From NCBI GenBank assembly GCA_964016885.1, contig OZ024743.1:46438001-46502000 (forward strand): a stretch of 64,000 nt of DNA. Direction: 5' to 3'. This DNA is from Eledone cirrhosa (lineage: Eukaryota). Position numbers and translations under genes: made by a program. Position 1 is the first letter of the stretch. The number at the start of each line of letters is the position of its first letter. A model generated the notes under the pieces. The model made no database searches and was not told where the DNA came from. It worked only from the letters and a program-made list of their open reading frames with translations. Below are positions 1-15,000 of this stretch, piece by piece.

Positions 1-3000
1 ATATCTGGTTCATGACTAGTGGTGGACATGATATCTGGTTCATGACTAGTGGTGGACATGATATCTGGTTCATGACTAGTGGTGGACATGATATCTTGTT
101 CTTGACTAGTGGTGGATATGATATCTGGTTCTTGACTACTGATAGACATGATATCTGGTTCATGACTAGTGGTGGACATGATATCTTGTTCTTGACTAGT
201 GGTGGACATGATATCTGGTTTGTGACTAGTGGTGGACATGATATCTGGTTTGTGACTAGTGGTGGACATGATATCTGGTTCATGACTAGTGGTGGACATG
301 ATATCTTGTTTTTGACTAGTGGTGGACATGATATCTGGTTCATGACTAGTGGTGGACATGATATCTGGTTTGTGACTAGTGGTGGACATGATATCTGGTT
401 CATGACTAGTGGTGGACATGATATCTGGTTCATGACTAGTGGTGGACATGATATCTGGTTCATGACTAGTGGTGGACATGATATCTGGTTTGTGACAAGT
501 GGTGGACATGATATCTGGTTTGTGACTAGTGGTGGACATGATATCTGGTTCATGACTAGTGGTGGACATAATATCTGGTTTGTGACTAGTGGTGGACATG
601 ATATCTGGTTCATGACTAGTGGTGGACATGATATCTGGTTCATGACTAGTGGTGGACATGATATCTGGTTCATGACTAGTGGTGGACATGATATCTGGTT
701 TGTGACTAGTGGTGGACATGACATCCGGTTCATGACTAGTGGTGGACATGATATCTGGTTTGTGACTAGTGGTGGACATGATATCTGGTTTGTGACTAGT
801 GGTGGACATGATATCTGGTTTGTGACTACTGATGGACATGATATCTGGTTCATGACTACTGGTGGACATGATATCCGGTTCATGACTAGTGGTGGACATG
901 ATATCTGGTTTGTGACTAGTGGTGGACATGATATCTGGTTCATGACTAGTGGTGGACATGATATCTGGTTTGTGACTAGTGGTGGACATGATATCTGGTT
1001 TGTGACTACTGGTGGACATGATATCTGGTTTGTGACTGGTGGTGGACATGATATCTGGTTTGTGACTAGTGGTGGACATGATATCTGGTTCATGACTAGT
1101 GGTGGACATGATATCTGGTTTGTAACTAGTAGTGGACATGATATCTGGTTTGTGACTAGTGGTGGACATGATATCTGGTTTGTGACTAGTGGTGGACATG
1201 ATATCTGTTTTGTGACTAGTGGTGGACATGATATCTGGTTCATGACTAGTGGTGGACATTATATCTGGTTTGTGACTAGTGGTGGACATGATATCTGGTT
1301 TGTGAGTACTGATGGACATGATATCTGGTTTGTGACTAGTGGTGGGCATGATATCTGGTTCATGACTAGTGGTGGACATGATATCTGGTTTGTGACTAGT
1401 GGTGGACATGATATCTGGTTTGTGACTAGTGGTGGACATGATATCCGGTTCATGACTAGTGGTGGACATGATATCTGGTTTGTGACTAGTGGTGGACATG
1501 ATATCTGGTTTGTGACTAGTGGTGGACATGATATCTGGTTCATGACTAGTGGTGGACATGATATCTGGTTTGTGACTAGTGGTGGACATGATATCTGGTT
1601 CATGACTAGTGGTGGACATGATATCTGGTTCATGACTAGTGGTGGACATGATATCTGGTTCATGACTAGTGGTGGACATGATATCTGGTTCATGACTAGT
1701 GGTGGACATGATATCTGGTTTGTGACTAGTGGTGGACATGATATCTGGTTCATGACTAGTGGTGGACATAATATCTGGTTTGTGACTAGTGGTGGACATG
1801 ATATCTGGTTCATGACTAGTGGTGGACATGATATCTGGTTCATGACTAGTGGTGGACATGATATCTGGTTCATGACTAGTGGTGGACATGATATCTTGTT
1901 CTTGACTAGTGGTGGATATGATATCTGGTTCTTGACTACTGATGGACATGATATCTGGTTCATGACTAGTGGTGGACATGATATCTTGTTCTTGACTAGT
2001 GGTGGACATGATATCTGGTTTGTGACTAGTGGTGGACATGATATCTGGTTTGTGACTAGTGGTGGACATGATATCTGGTTCATGACTAGTGGTGGACATG
2101 ATATCTTGTTTTTGACTAGTGGTGGACATGATATCTGGTTCATGACTAGTGGTGGACATGATATCTGGTTTGTGACTAGTGGTGGACATGATATCTGGTT
2201 CATGACTAGTGGTGGACATGATATCTGGTTCATGACTAGTGGTGGACATGATATCTGGTTCATGACTAGTGGTGGACATGATATCTGGTTTGTGACAAGT
2301 GGTGGACATGATATCTGGTTTGTGACTAGTGGTGGACATGATATCTGGTTCATGACTAGTGGTGGACATAATATCAGGTTTGTGACTAGTGGTGGACATG
2401 ATATCTGGTTCATGACTAGTGGTGGACATGATATCTGGTTCATGACTAGTGGTGGACATGATATCTGGTTCATGACTAGTGGTGGACATGATATCTGGTT
2501 TGTGACTAGTGGTGGACATGACATCCGGTTCATGACTAGTGGTGCACATGATATCTGGTTTGTGACTAGTGGTGGACATGATATCTGGTTTGTGACTAGT
2601 GGTGGACATGATATCTGGTTTGTGACTACTGATGGACATGATATCTGGTTCATGACTACTGGTGGACATGATATCCGGTTCATGACTAGTGGTGGACATG
2701 ATATCTGGTTTGTGACTAGTGGTGGACATGATATCTGGTTCATGACTAGTGGTGGACATGATATCTGGTTTGTGACTAGTGGTGGACATGATATCTGGTT
2801 TGTGACTACTGGTGGACATGATATCTGGTTTGTGACTGGTGGTGGACATGATATCTGGTTTGTGACTAGTGGTGGACATGATATCTGGTTCATGACTAGT
2901 GGTGGACATGATATCTGGTTTGTAACTAGTAGTGGACATGATATCTGGTTTGTGACTAGTGGTGGACATGATATCTGGTTTGTGACTAGTGGTGGACATG

Positions 3001-6000
3001 ATATCTGTTTTGTGACTAGTGGTGGACATGATATCTGGTTCATGACTAGTGGTGGACATTATATCTGGTTTGTGACTAGTGGTGGACATGATATCTGGTT
3101 TGTGAGTACTGATGGACATGATATCTGGTTTGTGACTAGTGGTGGGCATGATATCTGGTTCATGACTAGTGGTGGACATGATATCTGGTTTGTGACTAGT
3201 GGTGGACATGATATCTGGTTTGTGACTAGTGGTGGACATGATATCCGGTTCATGACTAGTGGTGGACATGATATCTGGTTTGTGACTAGTGGTGGACATG
3301 ATATCTGGTTTGTGACTAGTGGTGGACATGATATCTGGTTCATGACTTGTGGTGGACATGATATCTGGTTCATGACTAGTGGTGGACATGATATCTGGTT
3401 TGTGACTAGTGGTGGACATGATATCTGGTTTGTGACTAGTGGTGGACATGATATCCGGTTCATGACTAGTGGTGGACATGATATCTCGTTTGTGACTAGT
3501 GGTGGACATGATATCTGGTTTGTGACTAGTGGTGGACATGATATCTGGTTCATGACTAGTGGTGGACATGATATCTGGTTCATGACTAGTGGTGGACATG
3601 ATATCTGGTTTGTGACTAGTGGTGGACATGATATCTGGTTTGTGACTAGTGGTGGACATGATATCTGGTTCATGACTAGTGGTGGACATGATATCTGGTT
3701 TGTGACTAGTGGTGGACATGATATCTGGTTCATGACTAGTGGTGGACATGATATTTGGTTTGTGACTAGTGGTGGACATGATATCTGGTTTGTGACTAGT
3801 GGTGGACATGATATCTGGTTCATGACTAGTGGTGGACATGATATCTGGTTCATGACTAGTGGTGGACATGATATCTGGTTCATGACTAGTGGTGGACATG
3901 ATATTTGGTTTGTGACTAGTGGTGGGCATGATATCTGGTTCATGACTACTGGTGGACATGATATCTGCTTTGTGACTAGTGGTGGACATGATATCTGGTT
4001 CATGACTACTGGTGGACATGATATCTGGTTCATGACTAGTGGTGGACATGATATCTGGTTCATGACTAGTGGTGGACATGATATCTGGTTTGTGACTAGT
4101 GGTGGACATGATATCTGGTTTGTGACTAGTGGTGGATATGATATCTTGTTCTTGACTAGTGGTGGATATGATATCTGGTTCTTGACTACTGATGGACATG
4201 ATATCTGGTTCATGACTAGTGGTGGACATGATATCTTGTTCTTGACTAGTGGTGGACATGATATCTGGTTTGTGACTAGTGGTGGACATGATATCTGGTT
4301 TGTGACTAGTGGTGGACATGATATCTGGTTTGTGACTAGTGGTGGACATGATATCTGGTTTGTGACTAGTGGTGGACATGATATCTGGTTCATGACTAGT
4401 GGTGGACATGATATCTTGTTTTTGACTAGTGGTGGACATGATATCTGGTTCATGACTAGTGGTGGACATGATATCTGGTTTGTGACTAGTGGTGGACATG
4501 ATATCTGGTTCATGACTAGTGGTGGACATGATATCTGGTTCATGACTAGTGGTGGACATGATATCTGGTTCATGACTAGTGGTGGACATGATATCTGGTT
4601 TGTGACAAGTGGTGGACATGATATCTGGTTTGTGACTAGTGGTGGACATGATATCTGGTTCATGACTAGTGGTGGACATAATATCAGGTTTGTGACTAGT
4701 GGTGGACATGATATCTGGTTCATGACTAGTGGTGGACATGATATCTGGTTCATGACTAGTGGTGGACATGATATCTGGTTCATGACTAGTGGTGGACATG
4801 ATATCTGGTTTGTGACTAGTGGTGGACATGACATCCGGTTCATGACTAGTGGTGCACATGATATCTGGTTTGTGACTAGTGGTGGACATGATATCTGGTT
4901 TGTGACTAGTGGTGGACATGATATCTGGTTTGTGACTACTGATGGACATGATATCTGGTTCATGACTACTGGTGGACATGATATCCGGTTCATGACTAGT
5001 GGTGGACATGATATCTGGTTTGTGACTAGTGGTGGACATGATATCTGGTTCATGACTAGTGGTGGACATGATATCTGGTTTGTGACTAGTGGTGGACATG
5101 ATATCTGGTTTGTGACTACTGGTGGACATGATATCTGGTTTGTGACTGGTGGTGGACATGATATCTGGTTTGTGACTAGTGGTGGACATGATATCTGGTT
5201 CATGACTAGTGGTGGACATGATATCTGGTTTGTAACTAGTAGTGGACATGATATCTGGTTTGTGACTAGTGGTGGACATGATATCTGGTTTGTGACTAGT
5301 GGTGGACATGATATCTGTTTTGTGACTAGTGGTGGACATGATATCTGGTTCATGACTAGTGGTGGACATTATATCTGGTTTGTGACTAGTGGTGGACATG
5401 ATATCTGGTTTGTGAGTACTGATGGACATGATATCTGGTTTGTGACTAGTGGTGGGCATGATATCTGGTTCATGACTAGTGGTGGACATGATATCTGGTT
5501 TGTGACTAGTGGTGGACATGATATCTGGTTTGTGACTAGTGGTGGACATGATATCCGGTTCATGACTAGTGGTGGACATGATATCTGGTTTGTGACTAGT
5601 GGTGGACATGATATCTGGTTTGTGACTAGTGGTGGACATGATATCTGGTTCATGACTTGTGGTGGACATGATATCTGGTTCATGACTAGTGGTGGACATG
5701 ATATCTGGTTTGTGACTAGTGGTGGACATGATATCTGGTTTGTGACTAGTGGTGGACATGATATCCGGTTCATGACTAGTGGTGGACATGATATCTCGTT
5801 TGTGACTAGTGGTGGACATGATATCTGGTTTGTGACTAGTGGTGGACATGATATCTGGTTCATGACTAGTGGTGGACATGATATCTGGTTCATGACTAGT
5901 GGTGGACATGATATCTGGTTTGTGACTAGTGGTGGACATGATATCTGGTTTGTGACTAGTGGTGGACATGATATCTGGTTCATGACTAGTGGTGGACATG

Positions 6001-9000
6001 ATATCTGGTTTGTGACTAGTGGTGGACATGATATCTGGTTCATGACTAGTGGTGGACATGATATTTGGTTTGTGACTAGTGGTGGACATGATATCTGGTT
6101 TGTGACTAGTGGTGGACATGATATCTGGTTCATGACTAGTGGTGGACATGATATCTGGTTCATGACTAGTGGTGGACATGATATCTGGTTCATGACTAGT
6201 GGTGGACATGATATTTGGTTTGTGACTAGTGGTGGGCATGATATCTGGTTCATGACTACTGGTGGACATGATATCTGCTTTGTGACTAGTGGTGGACATG
6301 ATATCTGGTTCATGACTACTGGTGGACATGATATCTGGTTCATGACTAGTGGTGGACATGATATCTGGTTCATGACTAGTGGTGGACATGATATCTGGTT
6401 TGTGACTAGTGGTGGACATGATATCTGGTTTGTGACTAGTGGTGGATATGATATCTTGTTCTTGACTAGTGGTGGATATGATATCTGGTTCTTGACTACT
6501 GATGGACATGATATCTGGTTCATGACTAGTGGTGGACATGATATCTTGTTCTTGACTAGTGGTGGACATGATATCTGGTTTGTGACTAGTGGTGGACATG
6601 ATATCTGGTTTGTGACTAGTGGTGGACATGATATCTGGTTCATGACTAGTGGTGGACATGATATCTTGTTTTTGACTAGTGGTGGACATGATATCTGGTT
6701 CATGACTAGTGGTGGACATGATATCTGGTTTGTGACTAGTGGTGGACATGATATCTGGTTCATGACTAGTGGTGGACATGATATCTGGTTCATGACTAGT
6801 GGTGGACATGATATCTGGTTCATGACTAGTGGTGGACATGATATCTGGTTTGTGACAAGTGGTGGACATGATATCTGGTTTGTGACTAGTGGTGGACATG
6901 ATATCTGGTTCATGACTAGTGGTGGACATAATATCTGGTTTGTGACTAGTGGTGGACATGATATCTGGTTCATGACTAGTGGTGGACATGATATCTGGTT
7001 CATGACTAGTGGTGGACATGATATCTGGTTCATGACTAGTGGTGGACATGATATCTGGTTTGTGACTAGTGGTGGACATGATATCCGGTTCGTGACTAGT
7101 GGTGGACATGATATCTGGTTTGTGACTAGTGGTGGACAGGATATCTGGTTTGTGACTAGTGGTGGACATGATATCTGGTTTGTGACTACTGATGGACATG
7201 ATATCTGGTTCATGACTACTGGTGGACATGATATCCGGTTCATGACTAGTGGTGGACATGATATCTGGTTTGTGACTAGTGGTGGACATGATATCTGGTT
7301 CATGACTAGTGGTGGACATGATATCTGGTTTGTGACTAGTGGTGGACATGATATCTGGTTTGTGACTACTGGTGGACATGATATCTGGTTTGTGACTAGT
7401 GGTGGACATGATATCTGGTTTGTGACTAGTGGTGGACATGATATCTGGTTCATGACTAGTGGTGGACATGATATCTGGTTTGTGACTACTGATGGACATG
7501 AAATCTGGTTCATGACTAGTGGTGGACATGATATCTGGTTTGTGACTAGTGGTGGACATGATATCTGGTTTGTGACTAGTGGTGGACATGATATCTGGTT
7601 TGTGACTAGTGGTGGACATGATATCTGTTTTGTGACTAGTGGTGGACATGATATCTGGTTCATGACTAGTGGTGGACATGATATCTGGTTTGTGACTACT
7701 GATGGACATGATATCTGGTTCATGACTAGTGGTGGACATTATATCTGGTTTGTGACTAGTGGTGGACATGATATTTGGTTTGTGAGTACTGATGGACATG
7801 ATATCTGGTTTGTGACTAGTGGTGGGCATGATATCTGGTTCATGACTAGTGGTGGACATGATATCTGGTTTGTGACTAGTGGTGGACATGATATCTGGTT
7901 TGTGACTAGTGGTGGACATGATATCCGGTTCATGACTAGTGGTGGACATGATATCTGGTTTGTGACTAGTGGTGGACATGATATCTGGTTTGTGACTAGT
8001 GGTGGACATGATATCTGGTTCATGACTTGTGGTGGACATGATATCTGGTTCATGACTAGTGGTGGACATGATATCTGGTTTGTGACTAGTGGTGGACATG
8101 ATATCTGGTTTGTGACTAGTGGTGGACATGATATCCGGTTCATGACTAGTGGTGGACATGATATCTGGTTTGTGACTAGTGGTGGACATGATATCTGGTT
8201 TGTGACTAGTGGTGGACATGATATCTGGTTCATGACTAGTGGTGGACATGATATCTGGTTCATGACTAGTGGTGGACATGATATCTGGTTTGTGACTAGT
8301 GGTGGGCATGATATCTGGTTCATGACTAGTGGTGGACATGATATCTGGTTTGTGACTAGTGTTGGACATGATATCTGGTTTGTGACTAGTGGTGGACATG
8401 ATTTCTGGTTTGTGACTAGTGGTGGACATGATATCTGGTTCATGACTAGTGGTGGACATGATATCTGGTTCATGACTAGTGGTGGACATGATATCTGGTT
8501 CATGACTAGTGGTGGACATGATATTTGGTTTGTGACTAGTGGTGGGCATGATATCTGGTTCATGACTACTGGTGGACATGATATCTGCTTTGTGACTAGT
8601 GGTGGACATGATATCTGGTTCATGACTACTGATGGACATGATATCTGGTTCATGACTAGTGGTGGACATGATATCTGGTTTGTGACTAGTGGTGGGCATG
8701 ATATCTGGTTCATGACTAGTGGTGGACATGATATCTGGTTCATGACTAGTGGTGGACATGATATCTGGTTTGTGACTAGTGGTGGGCATGATATCTGGTT
8801 CATGACTAGTGGTGGACATGATATCTGGTTCATGACTAGTGGTGGACATGATATCTGGCTCATGACTAGTGGTGGACATGATATCTGGTTTGTGACTAGT
8901 GGTGGGCATGATATCTGGTTCATGACTAGTGGTGGACATGATATCTGGTTTGTGACTAGTGTTGGACATGATATCTGGTTTGTGACTAGTGGTGGACATG

Positions 9001-12000
9001 ATTTCTGGTTTGTGACTAGTGGTGGACATGATATCTGGTTCATGACTACTGGTGGACATGATATCTGGTTCATGACTAGTGGTCGACATATCTGGTTTGT
9101 GACTAGTGGTGGGCATGATATCTGGTTCATGACTAGTGGTGGACATGATATCTGGTTTGTGACTAGTGGTGGACATGATATCTGGTTTGTGACTAGTGGT
9201 GGACATGATATCTGGTTTGTGACTAGTGGTGGACATGATATCTGGTTCATGAATACTGGTGGACATGATATCTGGTTCATGACTAGTGGTCGACATGATA
9301 TCTGGTTTGTGACTAGTGGTGGGCATGATATCTGGTTCATGACTAGTGGTGGACATGATATCTGGTTTGTGACTAGTGGTGGACATGATATCTGGTTCAT
9401 GACTACTGGTGGACATGATATCCGGTTCATGACTAGTGGTGGACATGATATCTGGTTTGTGACTAGTGGTGGACATGATATCTGGTTCATGACTAGTGGT
9501 GGACATGATATCTGGTTTGTGACTAGTGGTGGACATGATATCTGGTTTGTGACTAGTGGTGGACATGATATCTGGTTCATGACTACTGGTGGACATGATA
9601 TCTGGTTCATGACTAGTGGTGGACATGATATCTGGTTTGTGACTAGTGGTGGGCATGATATCTGGTTCATGACTAGTGGTGGACATGATATCTGGTTTGT
9701 GACTAGTGGTGGACATGATATCTGGTTCATGACTACTGGTTGACATGATATCCGGTTCATGACTAGTGGTGGACATGATATCTGGTTCATGACTAGTGGT
9801 GGACATGATATCTGGTTTGTGACTAGTGGTGGACATGATATCTGGTTTGTGACTAGTGGTGGACATGATATCTGGTTCATGACTAGTGGTGGACATGATA
9901 TCTGGTTTGTGACTAGTGGTGGACATGATATCTGGTTTGTGACTACTGGTGGACATGATATCTGGTTTGTGACTAGTGGTGGACATGATATCTGGTTTGT
10001 GACTAGTGGTGGACATGATATCTGGTTCATGACTACTGGTGGACATGATACCTGGTTCATGACTAGTGGTGGACATGATATCTGGTTTGTGACTACTGGT
10101 GGACATATTATCCGGTTCATGACTAGTGGTGGACATGATATCTGGTTTGTGACTAGTGGTGGACATGATATCTGGTTTGTGACTAGTGGTGGACATGATA
10201 TCTGGTTTGTGAATAGTGGTGGACATGATATCTGTTTTGTGACTAGTGGTGGACATGATATCTGGTTCATGACTAGTGGTGGACATGATATCTGATTTGT
10301 GACTACTGATGGACATGATATCTGGTTCATGACTAGTGGTGGACATGATATCTGGTTTGTGACTAGTGGTGGACATGATATCTGGTTTGTGACTACTGAT
10401 GGACATGATATCTGGTTTGTGACTAGTGGTGGACATGATATCTGGTTTGTGACTAGTGGTGGACATGATATCTGGTTTGTGACTACTGATGGACATGATA
10501 TCTGGTTTGTGACTAGTGGTGGGCATGATATCTGGTTCATGACTAGTGGTGGACATGATATCTGGTTTGTGACTAGTGGTGGACATGATATCTGGTTCAT
10601 GACTACTGATGGACATGATATCTGGTTCATGACTACTGATGGACATGATATCTGGTTCATAACTAGTGGTAGACATGATATCTGGTTTGTGACTAGTGGT
10701 GGACATGATATCTGGTTCATGACTAGTGGTGGACATGATATCTGGTTTGTGACTAGTGGTGGGCATGATATCTGGTTTGTGACTAGTGGTGGACATGATA
10801 TCTGGTTTGTGACTAGTGGTGGACATGATATCTGGTTCATGACTAGTGGTGGACATGATATCTGGGTCATGACTAGTGGTGAACATGATATCTGGTTCAT
10901 GACTAGTGGTGGACATGATATCTGGTTTGTGACTAGTGGTGGGCATGATATCTGGTTCATGACTAGTGGTGGACATGATATCTGGTTTGTGACTAGTGGT
11001 GGACATGATATCTGGTTTGTGACTAGTGGTGGACATGATATCTGGTTCATGACTACTGGTGGACATGATATCTGGTTCATGACTAGTGGTGGACATGATA
11101 TCTGGTTTGTGACTAGTGGTGGGCATGATATCTGGTTCATGACTAGTGGTGGACATGATATCTGGTTTGTGACTAGTGGTGGGCATGATATCTGGTTCAT
11201 GACTAGTGGTGGACATGATATCTGGTTCATGACTAGTGGTGGACATGATATCTGGTTCATGACTAGTGGTGGACATGATATCTGGTTTGTGACTAGTGGT
11301 GGACATGATATCTGGTTCATGACTACTGGTGGACATGATATCTGGTTTGTGACTAGTGGTGGGCATGATATCTGGTTCATGACTAGTGGTGGACATGATA
11401 TCTGGTTTGTGACTAGTGGTGGGCATGATATCTGGTTCATGACTAGTGGTGGACATGATATCTGGTTCATGACTAGTGGTGGACATGATATCTGGTTTGT
11501 GACTAGTGGTGGACATGATATCTGGTTCATGACTACTGGTGGACATGATATCTGGTTCTTGACTACTGATGGACATGATATCTGGTTCATGACTAGTGGT
11601 GGACATGATATCTGGTTTGTGACTAGTGGTGGACATGATATCTGGTTCATGACTACTGGTGGACATGATATCTGGTTTGTGACTAGTGGTGGGCATGATA
11701 TCTGGTTCATGACTAGTGGTGGACATGATATCTGGTTTGTGACTAGTGGTGGACATGATATCTGGTTCATGACTACTGGTGGACATGATATCTGGTTTGT
11801 GACTAGTGGTGGGCATGATATCTGGTTCATGACTAGTGGTGGACATGATATCTGGTTTGTGACTAGTGGTGGATATGATATCTGGTTCATGACTAGTGGT
11901 GGACATGATATCTGGTTTGTGACTAGTGGTGGACATGATATCTGGTTTGTGACTAGTGGTGGACATGATATCCGGTTCATGACTAGTGGTGGACATGATA

Positions 12001-15000
12001 TCTGGTTTGTGACTAGTGGTGGACATGATATCTGGTTTGTGACTAGTGGTGGACATGATATCTGGTTCATGACTAGTGGTGGACATGATATCTGGTTCAT
12101 GACTAGTGGTGGACATGATATCTGGTTTGTGACTAGTGGTGGGCATGATATCTGGTTCATGACTAGTGGTGGACATGATATCTGGTTTGTGACTAGTGGT
12201 GGGCATGATATCTGGTTCATGACTAGTGGTGGACATGATATCTGGTTTGTGACTAGTGGTGGACATGATTTCTGGTTTGTGACTAGTGGTGGACATGATA
12301 TCTGGTTCATGACTAGTGGTGGACATGATATCTGGTTCATGACTAGTGGTGGACATGATATCTGGTTCATGACTAGTGGTGGACATGATATTTGGTTTGT
12401 GACTAGTGGTGGGCATGATATCTGGTTCATGACTACTGGTGGACATGATATCTGCTTTGTGACTAGTGGTGGACATGATATCTGGTTCATGACTACTGGT
12501 GGACATGATATCTGGTTCATGACTAGTGGTGGACATGATATCTGGTTTGTGACTAGTGGTGGGCATGATATCTGGTTCATGACTAGTGGTGGACATGATA
12601 TCTGGTTCATGACTAGTGGTGGACATGATATCTGGTTTGTGACTAGTGGTGGGCATGATATCTGGTTCATGACTAGTGGTGGACATGATATCTGGTTCAT
12701 GACTAGTGGTGGACATGATATCTGGCTCATGACTAGTGGTGGACATGATATCTGGTTTGTGACTAGTGGTGGGCATGATATCTGGTTCATGACTAGTGGT
12801 GGACATGATATCTGGTTTGTGACTAGTGTTGGACATGATATCTGGTTTGTGACTAGTGGTGGACATGATTTCTGGTTTGTGACTAGTGGTGGACATGATA
12901 TCTGGTTCATGACTACTGGTGGACATGATATCTGGTTCATGACTAGTGGTCGACATATCTGGTTTGTGACTAGTGGTGGGCATGATATCTGGTTCATGAC
13001 TAGTGGTGGACATGATATCTGGTTTGTGACTAGTGGTGGACATGATATCTGGTTTGTGACTAGTGGTGGACATGATATCTGGTTTGTGACTAGTGGTGGA
13101 CATGATATCTGGTTCATGAATACTGGTGGACATGATATCTGGTTCATGACTAGTGGTCGACATGATATCTGGTTTGTGACTAGTGGTGGGCATGATATCT
13201 GGTTCATGACTAGTGGTGGACATGATATCTGGTTTGTGACTAGTGGTGGACATGATATCTGGTTCATGACTACTGGTGGACATGATATCCGGTTCATGAC
13301 TAGTGGTGGACATGATATCTGGTTTGTGACTAGTGGTGGACATGATATCTGGTTCATGACTAGTGGTGGACATGATATCTGGTTTGTGACTAGTGGTGGA
13401 CATGATATCTGGTTTGTGACTAGTGGTGGACATGATATCTGGTTCATGACTACTGGTGGACATGATATCTGGTTCATGACTAGTGGTGGACATGATATCT
13501 GGTTTGTGACTAGTGGTGGGCATGATATCTGGTTCATGACTAGTGGTGGACATGATATCTGGTTTGTGACTAGTGGTGGACATGATATCTGGTTCATGAC
13601 TACTGGTTGACATGATATCCGGTTCATGACTAGTGGTGGACATGATATCTGGTTCATGACTAGTGGTGGACATGATATCTGGTTTGTGACTAGTGGTGGA
13701 CATGATATCTGGTTTGTGACTAGTGGTGGACATGATATCTGGTTCATGACTAGTGGTGGACATGATATCTGGTTTGTCACTAGTGGTGGACATGATATCT
13801 GGTTTGTGACTACTGGTGGACATGATATCTGGTTTGTGACTAGTGGTGGACATGATATCTGGTTTGTGACTAGTGGTGGACATGATATCTGGTTCATGAC
13901 TACTGGTGGACATGATACCTGGTTCATGACTAGTGGTGGACATGATATCTGGTTTGTGACTACTGGTGGACATATTATCCGGTTCATGACTAGTGGTGGA
14001 CATGATATCTGGTTTGTGACTAGTGGTGGACATGATATCTGGTTTGTGACTAGTGGTGGACATGATATCTGGTTTGTGAATAGTGGTGGACATGATATCT
14101 GTTTTGTGACTAGTGGTGGACATGATATCTGGTTCATGACTAGTGGTGGACATGATATCTGGTTTGTGACTACTGATGGACATGATATCTGGTTCATGAC
14201 TAGTGGTGGACATGATATCTGGTTTGTGACTAGTGGTGGACATGATATCTGGTTTGTGACTACTGATGGACATGATATCTGGTTTGTGACTAGTGGTGGA
14301 CATGATATCTGGTTTGTGACTAGTGGTGGACATGATATCTGGTTTGTGACTACTGATGGACATGATATCTGGTTTGTGACTAGTGGTGGGCATGATATCT
14401 GGTTCATGACTAGTGGTGGACATGATATCTGGTTTGTGACTAGTGGTGGACATGATATCTGGTTCATGACTACTGATGGACATGATATCTGGTTCATGAC
14501 TACTGATGGACATGATATCTGGTTCATAACTAGTGGTAGACATGATATCTGGTTTGTGACTAGTGGTGGACATGATATCTGGTTCATGACTAGTGGTGGA
14601 CATGATATCTGGTTTGTGACTAGTGGTGGGCATGATATCTGGTTTGTGACTAGTGGTGGACATGATATCTGGTTTGTGACTAGTGGTGGACATGATATCT
14701 GGTTCATGACTAGTGGTGGACATGATATCTGGGTCATGACTAGTGGTGAACATGATATCTGGTTCATGACTAGTGGTGGACATGATATCTGGTTTGTGAC
14801 TAGTGGTGGGCATGATATCTGGTTCATGACTAGTGGTGGACATGATATCTGGTTTGTGACTAGTGGTGGACATGATATCTGGTTTGTGACTAGTGGTGGA
14901 CATGATATCTGGTTCATGACTACTGGTGGACATGATATCTGGTTCATGACTAGTGGTGGACATGATATCTGGTTTGTGACTAGTGGTGGGCATGATATCT

